A program made the translations under genes and the position numbers. The notes under the pieces were generated by a model, which ran no database searches, had not been told where the DNA came from, and was given only the letters and a program-made list of their open reading frames with translations. 33,762 nucleotides of DNA from Perkinsus olseni (lineage: Eukaryota): contig JABANN010000382.1 in the NCBI GenBank assembly GCA_013115125.1, positions 1-33,762 on the forward strand, in the 5' to 3' direction. Positions 21,033 to 33,762 of this stretch are shown piece after piece (position 1 is the first letter of the stretch; the number at the start of each line of letters is the position of its first letter).

Positions 21033-22364
21033 ATGCATCTCGTCAACCTCAGCTTGTGTATTCTGACCGCTCTTGCGGCCACGACGGTCTCTGATCATGC
21101 AGCTCACCATCGGGTCCCACTCGAGCTCGCCAGCTCTGTACCAGTTGATGGTAGCGGCACTCTGAGCATCAACTTCAGTTCTAGTCTTGCGAGCACAAAT
21201 CTCCTCGCTGCCCAACCTGGCATAGTCTCCGTACCACTAGCTAACGTCTTCAACATGTATTACTACGGCGCTGTGCTCGTTGATGGACAGCTTATCCGAG
21301 TCATGTTCGACACGGGTAGCGGTGTGGTATGGATACCTGGCATGGGTTCCAAAGGTGTCAACTGCGAAACGCAGCACATGTGCTTCGTCAGCCCCAAAGA
21401 CAAGGGCAGTGAAGACGTCATCCGTCAAGTCCCCTACTCCTACGGCAGTGGGGAAGTTTTACTAAATATGACCCATGCGTCTGTGTCAATCTTCGGTCAC
21501 CAAGATATGACCATTCACGATTTTACGCTTGGGGTTGAGGTGGAGCTATCTGTTCATGGATATGAAGTTGCCCAATACGATGGTATCTTTGGTATGGCAT
21601 GGCCAGCTTTAGCCAGCGGTGGAGATCTATTTGTCCCAAAGCTTTACGAGCAGGGACTCATACCAAACAATCTCTTCGGCATGTACATCTCCCGGTCAGG
21701 GTCCGAGATGTCACTAGGTGTCATCGATGAGAGCAAGTTTTCCGGCGATATGCAGTATTTGAAGATACTCCTCGAAGCTTGGTGGACGCTCGATCTCGAG
21801 TCTGTCAAGGTTGGAGAAGGATCCTCTAGTACAGGTGGTGGTCGAGAAGCTATTGGTGGCAGAAGACTTGCTATAGTGGACACTGGAACATCGCTAATCA
21901 CTGGTAATGTTGATGATGTAATTGCCTTAATGCTCCTTATCATGGAGGAGAGTGGTGCCGAAATCGAGTATTCCCCTGACCTGAACTTTTTCATCTTCGA
22001 CTGTGAGCACATCCTGAATCTTCCAACCATAACATTCATCCTTCGTGGAGCGGATGGAGAGACAATTGCCCTCCCTGTCTATGGTAATGAGTACGCTATG
22101 ATGTTCGTCGATGGTTGCATTCTCACAATCCAACCGCATCTTCGAAGTGGATTCGGTCCACAATGGATCCTAGGTGACCCCTTCCTACGTGCCTATTATA
22201 CCGTGTATGATTACGACAATTCGAGAGTTGGCTTCGCTTCCGTTAAAGGTAGATTGATCCCGGAGACGTCGTCGGCTGCTGCTGCTGCCACGACGAGTCG
22301 CCCTAGCTTGGTATGCATTATAGCAGTAGCCGTTTCTGGTCTATTAACAATATTTCTGCACTAG
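21033..22364 (+). CDS. Pepsin-family (A1) aspartic protease, intronless, with signal peptide and C-terminal hydrophobic (GPI/TM) tail
   Basis: Catalytic motifs FDTGS and VDTGT, flap YSYGSG, DGIFGMAW, WILGDPFLRAYYTVYD. First ATG at 21033 gives MHLVNLSLCILTALAA. Ends SSAAAAATTSRPSLVCIIAVAVSGLLTIFLH. Confidence 0.95.
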   Translation: MHLVNLSLCILTALAATTVSDHAAHHRVPLELASSVPVDGSGTLSINFSSSLASTNLLAAQPGIVSVPLANVFNMYYYGAVLVDGQLIRVMFDTGSGVVWIPGMGSKGVNCETQHMCFVSPKDKGSEDVIRQVPYSYGSGEVLLNMTHASVSIFGHQDMTIHDFTLGVEVELSVHGYEVAQYDGIFGMAWPALASGGDLFVPKLYEQGLIPNNLFGMYISRSGSEMSLGVIDESKFSGDMQYLKILLEAWWTLDLESVKVGEGSSSTGGGREAIGGRRLAIVDTGTSLITGNVDDVIALMLLIMEESGAEIEYSPDLNFFIFDCEHILNLPTITFILRGADGETIALPVYGNEYAMMFVDGCILTIQPHLRSGFGPQWILGDPFLRAYYTVYDYDNSRVGFASVKGRLIPETSSAAAAATTSRPSLVCIIAVAVSGLLTIFLH

Positions 22365-22588
22365 TTTTCCGAATGTATCATAAGCACAGTTTCTATCGTG
22401 ATTTGACTGACTAGATGCGTTCAAGATGTTATTGGAGAGGAACTCGACTGACGCATTTGTACGGGTCCACTACGGCCGCAATAAGATTTCCCGGTCACGT
22501 ATCGCGGGCACGGGTTCTGTTACAAAGTATGCCACTAACTATCCTCTGTCACATCTTAACGGAACGCAATACAGCAGCTTCTTCAATA

Positions 22589-24519
22589 TTAGTCCTCAAG
22601 CGTATCCTTGAGTTCACTGGTCCTCATACGCCTTGCTCTCTGATTCTTAAGTCTACCCTCAAGAGTCAACTCATCGCTGAAGTGCATACGTTTGCCCATG
22701 TCGGCTGCATACTGAGAGAGAACGAACAATACGTATATAACCGACACCTCAAATCATGAAGGCGTTCCTTTACAACCTCACCTTGTTGTGGCCTTGCGCC
22801 TTCTCTTCTGCTGCTGCGACTTCCTTCTCCAACTCTTCTTCACGACTCACTTGTTTCTCGAATTCGGACCAGCGAGCCCTGATGTTTGGCATTCATAACC
22901 TTTCGTGTCGACACGCCGCACACGACTCACTTGCCGGCCTGCAACATCTCCTCCGCTGACATGCCTCCCCTGGAACTCTCACTCTGGCTGCCACCATCCC
23001 TTTGCCGTTTCAATGCTGCTTCGTGTCGGCGACGATTCCGCCTGATGAGCACGAATAGCTGTGGAATGGTTCACTAAGAATCAACAGAGGGAAGTTCCTG
23101 ACTCAAACCGACTTACTCTTCCTTCTCAATCTGTATTTTTCGTCTATCGCTCATCTCTCCAAGACCGAGTGACTTGCGGAGGTCGTCGTCACCTCGTGGT
23201 TTACTGGCGCTGGAAGTTGGTCGCTCCGACCTAGAAAGAACCAATGTTAGGCTCCTGCTGACACACATAGTGACAATGAACGCGGCGGGGTCGGGTAAAA
23301 GCTCGGATGCTCACGTCCGCGTGCGCATGCTTTCTCTGTCTCGCCGCTCTCTGTTGACGTATGGCGAGGACCGTCGGCGAGGCGACTCCCTTTCGTACCT
23401 TGTCCACGCAATGATGAGTCAAATCCGTAGAGACACGGATAATATTACCTTTCGCGACGGCGCTGGACAGATGAATCACGCCGAGGATGTCCTTCACGCC
23501 GGTCCCGACTACGCGATCTACTCCTCTCATGCTCATAGCTGCGATGACGGTGATGGCGGTGGTCATGGGGCCTATGTATTAGCACATTTATGGGGTAGAT
23601 TTATGGGATATAGGGATTCATCGTTAGCAGTACCTCTTCTCTCTAGGGTCTATACGCTCGTCGGTGTCGGACCTCGGCTCTGATTTGGTACTGCGGCTTT
23701 CTCGTTTGAGCCGCTTTCTCTCGGCCTTCTCCTTCCTCTTCTCTTCCTTCGCATGCTCCTTCTTCATCTGACAGCGGTGCTAAAGTGTTCACCCATCCAT
23801 TCAATGCATGGCGTTGCAGAGTCAGACAGCCTCCCTTCTCATACCCGCTTCTTCATCGCCTTTAGCTCCTCCATCTGTCTTAGCCTCATCTGTACTAGAG
23901 GATTGTTCATCTGCTGCTCCATAGCCTCCATCTCCTTCTTCTTGATTTGGAACAAGGGATCCTGATCAGCATTAGTGACGTAAAGACAGCGTTTGTTGAG
24001 GTCATCAGCATCAACCTCCGTGTCGATAAGTCTACTACCTCATTGAGCCTTCGCATTGTATCAGAGTTAGGATGCGTGACATCATTCAAGAATATAGATC
24101 CTGAATGCAGAGACCAATTTCATAACGACAGCATGAACAGAGTAACAGTACACTACCACTAACTTCTCCCGCTTGTATTTTCTTAACGTCATCATTCTGA
24201 CCACCGGAGGTATCAACTGCTTCGTTCATCAGCTCCAGATCAGTCTTAGTCTGAGAGAGTATGTGCCGCGTAATGATGGTCGCACGGCTCTAGGTCCGAT
24301 AAGGAAGAGTGCAGCAGCTGGATACCGGGCGTAATCTACTAACTTACCACCCCGACACCAGGATCATACATCCACTCCAACCTTCTGACGGGAGCAGAAG
24401 CACCATTACCAGCTGATGCTTCCTCGGCCGCCTGGAAAAGCAAGAATGATTACTCGAGCCTTCCCTTCCTATGAGCTTACCGTTGCCTCAGCAGATACTC
24501 GGGCGAGCTTCGAGGACAT
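22589..24519 (-). CDS. CWC25: CWC25-like pre-mRNA splicing factor, multi-exon; start uncertain
   Basis: Spliced motifs RRLEWMY and DTMRRLNE-DPLFQIKKKE...MNNPLV, an R/D/S-rich middle, MSAEEML, and C-terminal TLEGRLKNQRARR...LED*. These follow the remembered CWC25 motif order. Confidence 0.72.
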
Positions 24520-24659
24520 AGCTTTGGCGACGAGCTGCAGACCAGAGAATCCTTGCGAGAATTATTCTCTCACACTAAATCGTCAGGCAAAGAGAACTCT
24601 AATCGTCCACTGGAACACCACACGACAAAAGGAGAAATGCAACTCAGGATCCACGTACT

Positions 24660-25084
24660 AGTAGTAGAGCCGACAGCTGCAGGTATGGCAGCAGCAGCCG
24701 GTGATGGTGGTAGTAGTAGTAGCATTGGTAAGATTATAGCAATGGTGCACTCCGAGAAAGAATACAGTAGATACTTCTCATGATAAAATCCCAACTCCCA
24801 ATTCATGACGATCATACAAACCGAATCTAGACATACTCACAACTTGTACCTGCAGAGAGGTCGATAGTTGAAGACAGTCCGCTGATACACGACGGGGATG
24901 CTAGCGCAGTGATAGAGGCTTTGGTTACGGCCGAAGCGATCAGACATAACTTACTCCGAGACAATGATGAGCTATGATACCCAAAGGCGAGATCAGCATC
25001 AGCCTCATCAAGGATGACCTCTCTTGCTGAAACAGCAGCAGTAGCAGCTGGCCTATCTCTATCCGATGGTAACGTGGACCCCAT
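24660..25084 (-). CDS. Possible small hypothetical gene, or extra 5' exons of the CWC25-like gene
   Basis: ATG at 25084 opens MGSTLPSDRDRPAATAAVSAREVILDEADADLAFG. Donor-like sites occur near 24840 and 24658. Confidence 0.25.
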
Positions 25085-25138
25085 ATAGAAGATTGGTAGC
25101 GTTCATATACGGGAGGAACATTCAACTCGGTATGACGC

Positions 25139-28100
25139 TCACTTAGTAGAACTCCGAAGTAGCCTTGAGAACTTCTTCTTTCCTTCATGAACTCTGCCTT
25201 TCTTACCAGATGAGGGTGCAACACCAGTTGCTGCGGCTGCCGGATTGGCTGGACCAGCACTAGGAGCTGACATACCACCCGATGGACATTAACACACTGC
25301 ACTAATACAACTTTTACCTGTCTTTGGAGCAGCATCGTACACCCCAGCTCCGCCCCCTCTCGCATCCTTATTGGGAGCGATTTCCGATTCACCTGATGAA
25401 AGCGCGGTTCACTAACAAACTTCACGGCGGAAGCCTATACGACTGCTCTACTTCGCTACCAGGCTCTCTAAGTGCTTTGATTGCCAGTTTATCGAAGTCT
25501 TGCATGGCCTCGCTGCCTGTGACGATAACTGGTAGGCTCTGGGCCTCCTTCACTATCGTGTGGGCGTTCGATTCATCATCGTAGGAGTCCAGTCCGACGA
25601 ACCTGATACGGAGCTGTATGGAAGACGATCGTCTAGTGTATCTCGTAGTCTGGGGAAGAAGGGGGAATACGCAGGCGTATCGATCAACTAGGGCTTACTC
25701 GGCAAGGCCCGGAAGGGCATCGGCATCGTTAGTAAGGGTAGAATGCATGGTCTGGGAATCGAACTTACGACCTCTCTTTGCCAAGTCCAGAACAGTGTAT
25801 CTGTTGAAGCGAGATACAGAATAAGCGGATGCTTCAGAGACATCGTTGGAGTTGAGAAAAGGGCAGCTCACGTCCATGCATAAACGAAGTTCTGCAGGAA
25901 CTCCTCCCTAACCAGTATGTCCCAGTCGCATAGATCGGGTACCTTGGGGAGTGTGAGAATTACGATGATAGTAGGGAGAACGGACATGAACCCGACGGGC
26001 CTACCCTTGCAAGGAAGGATGATATACCCTCTTGACTAGTGACACCCTCAATAACACCAGCAAGATTCACAGGTACTCCGTTCTCCGTCATAGTACAATA
26101 TAGACGGCGGAATATATCCTCATTGAGATCAACATAAACCATCCGAGCTGCCATAACACATGAAAGATTATGGCCGATCTTCTGAAGATATGCTATCGTC
26201 TCATCCATAACCTGAAAGAAACAGTAGAGGTACGAAATGAGTAGCGACGTTACAGATACAAACTACGAATCATAGGACTGATGTAGTAAGATACGACCCC
26301 CAACTACCTCATCAGACTTCTCATGCATCTCCTTGTTATCCCTCTCACATGCCTTCAGTTTGATATCATACTCATTGGTACCTGTGCAGATCAAATACTT
26401 AGTGATTACTAGACAGCTATGAGGGAAGCAGTACTGTATTTATTTTGTGTCTTCAAGACCTTCCGTATCCTCTTTTCCTCATCACCAATAGCACCGTGTA
26501 TGGTACCACGCATGACAGTTAGCTCATCATACGACTTGGCGATATCTTGCAGACGTACCTAGGACGACAGCGATGGTCAAAGATAGCGCGCCATTCCAAA
26601 TTCCGAAGATCATGATGATGAACGGTGCAGAGGGCAACTACTTACCATCTGTGCGGGTAGTTGCAAGTCGGGATCGTTGAGGAATTGCTTCACTACTGGA
26701 GTGTCAACTAGGACCTAGTCAAGCATCGTTACAACGGTCTGGTGAGTACACTGTAACGGCTCACAAAGTCAGTGCAGAGATTGAACTCGAGATCAGGAGA
26801 TCCAGGTGGGCCCTCAGCTTCGGATGAAGATCCCATAGACATCTGAAAAGGTGTCTTACTAACGATTGAGGACTGGGCCCTATTACCTGATCATCTTCGG
26901 ACTCTGAGTACTCCTGTGATACACCACGAGGGACTTGTAACTGGTTGTTGGCTGCCGCTGCTGCTGCCGCTGCTGCTGCATCATTATACCTGCCAGTAGC
27001 GAGCTTCCATGCCAATGCTTATCGATGAATATGCCGCTCACATTCTGGGCACGCTCTTCTTGCTAGCTCGTTTCCAGAACTTGTTCTTCCTAGCTTGCTT
27101 CTCAAGGCTCTTGAATAATGCTTGTTTGAAGGCCGGAGGTAGTTCTCGCTCGTCTTTCCTAGTACGGACCTATAATGCAGCACACCATGAACCTCCCTGG
27201 CAATAGTAGTAGCAGCGTCATTACTATTCTATTGAATGCTCTGCTAGCTTTGATACTGATAGGGAATACTAATCCAACCTCGTCACCGGCGGGAGAGGTT
27301 GCACAACAATCGGCATACTTCACAACACATCGTTCCAACTGAATGGGATAACAGATACGACCAAGGAAGGGAGGAAAGACTGTCAGAATTGGGGTATGAG
27401 AGGCTACGTACATAGTTCATGAATATGGGTATAGTAACCCCTGTGGAGATGGGTACAGTATTGGCTGCAGTCGATAAAGATTCGTTCATGAATGACCAAA
27501 GGTCAACGCACTTGGAAGAATGAAGAACCTGTTGGGTGATGAGCAATAAGGAGTATGTGATAGATTCAGTATTGTTGGTCGTGTGTACCGCAGGAGGCCT
27601 AGTCGGCGTCCATCTGGATCCATCCTCAGAGGTTGCAATACAAGTCTTGTTGACTACATCCTCTTCAAAACCCTCTAAGCGAGCATTCAAAGCTGCCGTG
27701 AGCTTAGGGACCATCAAGCCCTGAAAGAAATGATGATGACAACGATGACAACGATGACAACGATGAATGCACTCAATCGGATGCACTTCCCTAGTAGTAC
27801 CAGTAGGCTAGTGTCAGGTGAGACTACAGCAAACTTAACATATCTTCCCCATACTACTGTAGCTGTCAAAAAGTCAGAACCACCTTCTGGTATCTGATAT
27901 CACAACGACTGGCTGTAATTGACTATTGTTCATGCGTGCTACCCAATCAGTCGGCCAGAGGTACTCATCCTTGGCCAGGGTCTCATACAATGGCCTGAGC
28001 TGCTCATTGAGGGCCCAAGACCAGATATTATGGTCAGTGGGGGCATCAATATCGCCAAAGTTTATGACGTTTCGGAGCTGACAAATGGCATCATAAAAAA

Positions 28101-30195
28101 ACAGCATACCGCCAGAAGAGAATGTGGCGAGAGAGGCTGCTTCGTCAGTGTTGCTGAGGTTGTGGCTGCTGCTGCTGCTGCTGCTCTTGCAATAGTTACC
28201 TCCTTAGCTGTCTGTAATTCGAAGCACGCTTTCCATACATACTGCGTTGCTTCCTCTAACCAATCCAATCTCGCCTCTGGTGATGAATGTGCCCTGGCCA
28301 ATTGTACCGAGTCCAATAGAGTAGTGGACAGGGGGATAGCTCGTTCCTAGCACAGCGAGGAGGACCATGCAATCAATGGTTTACGGCAAGCATCAAGCCT
28401 GCCCTCTTACCGCTGTCGATGCCGCCGTTTCCGCTTCGAAGTGTCTCGGCATGACAAAAGTGAGGAAGTGCTCAGATTCTTCGTTGGTCGGCCTGCTACC
28501 ATCCGGGGTTTGCAAGTTCATAAGAACCTGGCAAGATAATACCGGAAGCCTCCAAAAGCGGTAGATCCTACAGCAAGCTCTCTCCAGGCATGCAAGACAG
28601 CATTAGGGCTCTTCTCTTGCTCCTGTAACTTACCACGATAATCGCACAGTACGCTTACTGTGGCATCACGGAAGGGGGCTGTCTGTACTCTCATGCAACA
28701 CCTGAGTTCACGACGGAATGGAAGTATTGTTGTATGAGTGGACGATGTCGTCAGCACTCACTCATCATATTGCTCTTCGAGTATATGACGATTATCTTTC
28801 TCCTCATCAGCACCTTCTCTGAATGACTTGAATAAGTCAGCTGCAATGCCCTCTATATACCCAGGTGTTACAACCTAATAAATGTTTAGTTATAACCAAC
28901 TTGACCCGTTGGCGTCGGGGCTCATGACCCACCTCCTCGATGGAAGCAGCAGCAGGGCCAGGCCACTGATCTCTGCACTTCTCTGCCCATGTTGACTGGG
29001 CTAGATGTATACCATGATACCTGCAACAGCAGCAGCAGCAGCAGCGTGGGCATGATAGACTCATATCGCGTATGCCTGCTTACTCATAGGCTCCTCTGGT
29101 GAGCACGCTGTATAGCACTGACGCAAGGTCGTCAACTTGAGGATGCAACTGGCCTGAGGAACACGATTGAGGTGAGTGACTCATACCACATTCCACGATC
29201 ATCACCTTCTCCTCTAACGTCAACTCCCGCCTTCCACAGCCTCGGCAGTAAAGGATGAAGACTCGCCGATGGGTAATGGAGGGTCTGATGAGGGAATAAG
29301 ATATGAATGAAGCATCACGGGGAGGAGAGCTACCGAATCAGACGACTTTACTGGTTGGCCATCGGGATCATTGATGGGCTGCATCACATCTGAAATTATA
29401 ACAACGCTTGTATAACTGTATCGACCCTCGAGAATACTCGAGGTGTTAGAGGGCAGTAGAGTGCCCGCAGCTACTATTACCGTTCAGAGCGTGCAGCATT
29501 TGCTTCCAAGATTCTGGTTTGCTGGGATGGAATTCCAACATAGCGTTCTTAACGATATCTGACGCAAGAGAGACGCATTGCTCATTAAGGTATCATCACA
29601 GAAATAAATTGGAATACGACCGGATGGGAAATCTCTCCGTTAGTTGTCTACCACAAGTCTCACCTGGTACACCGCCCATGATCTTCTGTATACAGTACAC
29701 TACCCACCTCACCATTGAGCATTGCCTGTGAGATAAGAACCATAGAAACCCAATCAATATGGACGACAACGTTGAGCAAGCTCTACCATCCAAAGGCGCG
29801 ATCCTACCTGACAACCCACTGGGAGTAGGTCTTCTGATTTATAGGCACCCTCGAATCATTGATATCGAAAGCAATCAGCCGATACAAGCGGAATCGTACG
29901 TCAAGTGGTGGACCTGAGTGAGAACCGATACGGGAGTCGCCTGCCAGACATGCTACATTGAGAAAGCAGCAATCGCTAAGAGAGGAGACGGGTTCTGATA
30001 CAGCAGTGGCTTACATATCTTGTGACCATTAAGATCAGGTAAGAGCATTTCCACTATCTGCTGATGTAATGTTGCTGAGATACGTAACCGGATACGACAC
30101 ATCTGTATACTCTCCCTGAAGCACCGAGGACGATAGGCTAAGGAGCACCGACGACTCCTGTACTACCGTAGTGCATCCTTCTCTGACTTAGACAT
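25139..30195 (-). CDS. Munc13/unc-13-like MUN-domain protein (PATROL1/DUF810-like), multi-exon
   Basis: WTPTRPP-VLHSSKCVDLWSFMNESL and LERCVVKYAD resemble MHD1. AARMVYVDLNEDIFRRLY and GRKFDSQTMHSTLTNDADAL resemble MHD2. Probable start MSKSEKDALR at 30195 and end FSRLLRSSTK* at 25139. Family call is from remembered motifs. Confidence 0.62.
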
Positions 30196-30226
30196 CCTAT
30201 ATGTATTCCCATCATCATCTGTAGCT

Positions 30227-32811
30227 TTAAAGTAGGCCAATAGCAGCATCTCGTAGGCTACTAAATCCCTGACCAACAAGCAAGATACGCCCACTGCCGT
30301 TTGACAATTGGTTTACCATTGACGATCCTCCATCTTGAACCATGTGAGGTCTCGAGACGGAGTCTCCCCCTCTGCCAGTACGGGAAGTGACAATACCTGA
30401 GCCCATCGTCTCGCCACTGTCACTCATGCGATACCGGCCGAGCATTACATGTAGCCGCTGATGTTTCTCAGCTGTTGCCACTTTGAAATCGCGCATCTCA
30501 TGTACTAAGAAGGATTGCTCGTCGTTCTTGGGTAGAGGCAACGGGAAGGTGTAGCAGAGTAGGTGATCCTGGTGGCAGCAAGAAGCAAGGTTTGACAGTG
30601 ATACACCAGGACCAGAACATAACCCCTTCTGATGGGTATTACATCATAGCCTTCATCCGGTAACGTCACTTGACCCGACTCTAACTCATCAGCAGGAGTT
30701 AACTTCGCGTGCATTATCCCCAAAGTATCTGCGAAATCGCATGATTCGATCATGAGCCCATATTGCTGTATACGGCTATAATCGACACCAGCTACCATTG
30801 CGATGAAGAAAGATTGCTGATGGAATGCAATACCACCATCCGGTTGACGAAACGCTGCGATAGTGGTAAACCGAGGATGGGAATAATACCTCTCTGCCGT
30901 AGCTGATCCAGTTCCTCCCGGATCTCCGCTATCTGACTGTTGAGTAATACTATCCTCTCCTCCTTCAATGTGAGCATATCTGGAGACACGCTAGACAAGC
31001 TGATGCAACGTTAAAGCCTGTACTACCCTTTTCAGTATGCTTGTAAGCGTCAGCAGACTTCATGGCAGCGGCCTGCTCCAACTTCGCACGGTCATCTAAT
31101 AGATAAGTGCTACATGGATCAACAGAGAGGAGGCTCTATCCAACCAGCACTAGCAACCCACCTATGCTGAGCTCTTCCTCCGTTTGCTCGGCTAAGAATA
31201 TCCTCTGTTCGAGGTTTGCATCCAATGGTGCAACTCTGATGTGTACCTTCGCCGTTGGTCGTGATCATTATCATGATTACACGCTCGACCCCTCTGAGTC
31301 ATTACATCGCTGAATGTGATCGACCGTCGAATATTCTCCGCCAACTCAGACATGATAGCCAGCAACTGCTTGGCAGTATCAACAAGTGTAAAGAACTTGG
31401 AAAGCTCGCATTTATCGATGAGTGCCAGAAGGGAACCTCTGAATATATCATATCGGGTGTAGTCCCATCCGCAGCCACTTCTCACTGTTTCTGCGCTTTA
31501 ATTTTGAGAAGTTCCTCTAGACGCTCAGTGAGGGAGTCGACTTTGGCTACGCAGTCCATTTGGTTCTTTTCTGCTGCTTCGACTTTGGCGTCAATCTGGC
31601 ATGAGACTGAATGGCCACGCCCCGCAGGTGGCAGTAGAGATGCTTCCTCCCGAGAAGAGAAGTTGACATTACACTCTTGAGAATCCCCTTCAAACTCTTC
31701 TCCATCGCTTCACCAACGTTTCCCGACCCTTCTCTCGTAACAGCGTACCTCACATGATATGAAGTCATGAACGGCACTGATGAGCAAATTCACTTGGCCA
31801 ACGTCAATACGTAAGATTACCCCCCACTACCTTCGCTTCGTTTCGGCTCTCACACTCAGAGCACTGGCAAGATTCTGGTCTGCAACAATCTTAGCCGACT
31901 TAGCAGCTTCTAGTTCCTCCTGCAACACCTTGATCCGCCTATTAAGCTCGATGATCTCAGCTAGGGCTCTGAAGAATAGCAGAACCACACCGCCAAATAC
32001 ACGAAGCAGGAGGAGGAGCTTGCAATACCTTTCCGTTGCCCTGGTGTGAACTTTTATAGCAACTTTAAGGTTGTCGTCAAGCTGCCGTCGTTCTATATCG
32101 TCTACCACGTATTCAAAATGCCGTGCAATAGACTGACCAAGCCCCGTCAAGGAGCTAAGACACGGTAGTCGAGAATGACCAAGGATCGATATCAATAACG
32201 TCATATTACTGAGCTGCCATTGTATACCGCTCTGGCTGTCGGAGATCCACCGGCTCCTCTTTGGAAGGATCTCGTAGTTCGCCGCGGATAGTTTGCTGAG
32301 GATGGGGTGGATCATTTCACGTTGCTGCATTTTGCCCTTTGAAACTGACTCTAGCAACCCCACCCCATTACCGCAAAAGCTTTCGAACTGTCCTCCAGTG
32401 CCTCTGTCAGATTCTGCAGTGTACTGAGGGACTTGTAGGTCTCTCTAGTCTTCTCAGCCAGGAAGTCCATATCGAGTGACTGCAGATGAAGGGGTAACAT
32501 ATACTCAAATTGCGCTAACCACAGCAGCCCTTGAACTTTCCTACCCCCTCATTACCCCTTCATTGATAGTTTGAAGTCTTGGCTCATACCCTTTGGCTAT
32601 ATTGGGTATGATGCCCTTATCGATGGGGTCCACATCAGAATCTGCTGTGGCACTGCCGGGCGGAGTTGATGGAGTCGAGACTGCCGCGGAGGTGGTGTGA
32701 ACAGGCGGTTTAGTATCTTTAGCATCAACCCAATGACATATCACAATCCCCACACCCCAACCCAGTACCAGAACTTCCAGGTGGCGCTGCACTTGGAGGT
32801 GACATGTTCAT
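30227..32811 (-). CDS. Hypothetical coiled-coil protein, multi-exon (possibly two genes)
   Basis: Heptad-rich exons (LAEIIELNRRIKVLQEELEAAK; LKEERIVLLNSQIAEIREELDQLRQR) with GT-AG introns. Probable start MNMSPPSAAPP at 32811 and stop at 30227. Confidence 0.6.
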
Positions 32812-32925
32812 GACGTCCAAACACCGCGACTTTCAAAAAACAAAATAAAGCAACTGAACAAGATCGGCGAGTGGGTAGGAACAGCTATACCCGGGGGGGA
32901 CTTCTACCTATTCACATGTTCAAGA

Positions 32926-33680
32926 TTACCGGACATGAGGGGTATAACCCACGATGCCTTGATCGAAGCGATTTAATGAGTCCCACTGCCACCGACCGTC
33001 GCGGCTACTTCGCAAAACCACTGGTCGCCAGTCCGTGGCTCTTGCCTTCAGATACAGGTGGAAGTAGACTATGTAACTCAACACAATTGTTGTAGGAGAA
33101 GTCCTGATCACTGGCCATGGTAGTTCAACCCACCTTACACCACGGCACTTCTTGTGAGATATGCGCCTGGTCTGCACACATCATCATTCCGCACACAAAC
33201 CGTTCCACCGTCAACAAGGCGATAGGCGAGAAGAAGTTTCGAGAGGAAGCATCAATCTGATATATGCTCCTCTTAGACGATGTTTCACCAACAACATTGC
33301 TTCACCTACTGTCGGTCACGCCGGACAGTCACAAGCACTGTGCCATAATGAGAAACGGTTTCACAGGATAACACTCTGTGCTACCACTCCTGTTCCGAAT
33401 GCAGGGATAATCACAATGACGCTCCTTCCCACCCTGGGAACGCTTCCATCACTTCGGCAATTCTATGCTCGCCCTTTCCATCTTGGACTTTCCTACCGAA
33501 CGAAGCTAGCACTACGCTAGTTCTTCCCAACCCATGCCCGAGCACATCCACTGTACTGGTGCAATCCCAACTGATGTAACAACCCAGATCATCAAAGCAA
33601 CTGTAGCCACCTCATGTTTTCCGCGTGACACCACTCGCTGGTGGGTCTCAGCACGCGTCGTCTTGAACTCTTGCCAAACC
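32926..33680 (-). CDS. 3' part of a hypothetical multi-exon gene entering from the right end
   Basis: Minus-strand acceptor after the terminal repeat (VWQEFKTTRAETHQR...) and a possible terminal exon ...DSLNRFDQGIVGYTPHVR*. Frame not fully resolved. Confidence 0.35.
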
Positions 33681-33690
33681 TTACACACTC

Positions 33691-33762
33691 AACGCAACGC
33701 AACGCAACGCAACGCAACGCAACGCAACGCAACGCAACGCAACGCAACGCAACGCAACGCAA
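33691..33762. repeat. (AACGC)n pentanucleotide microsatellite, about 14 units, at the window end
   Basis: Perfect tandem run to the last base. Confidence 0.98.

Noticed and set aside
21033-22364. Protease as a plasmepsin V/ASP5 ortholog
   Set aside because: It lacks the Cys-rich nepenthesin-type insert after DTGS and looks like a standard pepsin/cathepsin-type A1 enzyme.
33691-33762. Terminal (AACGC)n and the opening (GTT)n as telomeric repeats
   Set aside because: The two motifs differ and both sit next to splice sites of genes that run off the window, so they look like intronic microsatellites where the assembly broke.

Overview
Gene-dense, intron-rich eukaryotic DNA with short GT-AG introns full of GCT/CAT/CAC microsatellites. 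The style suggests a Perkinsus-like alveolate (inference only). Both window ends fall in microsatellites. The left 20 kb is a same-strand tandem array of five minimal, C1-less diacylglycerol-kinase (DGK)-family genes, called A-E here, plus two orphan DGK fragments. Copy A has no leader. Copies B, D and E carry signal-peptide-like leaders, and C may carry one behind a 1-nt frameshift. This points to an expanded family of secretory-pathway lipid kinases. Copy D reads through intact but has multi-nucleotide changes in conserved motifs (GTGND to GTGNG, NYFS to LQFS) and a 690-bp TIR element in intron 1. A 3.4-kb insert between A and B holds an intronless secreted two-domain protein followed by a cluster of palindromes, including a perfect one with 33-bp arms. 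To the right lie an intronless membrane/GPI-anchored pepsin-family protease, a CWC25-like splicing factor, a Munc13/MUN-domain (PATROL1/DUF810-like) gene and hypothetical genes. Exon structures were read by eye and no searches were run.
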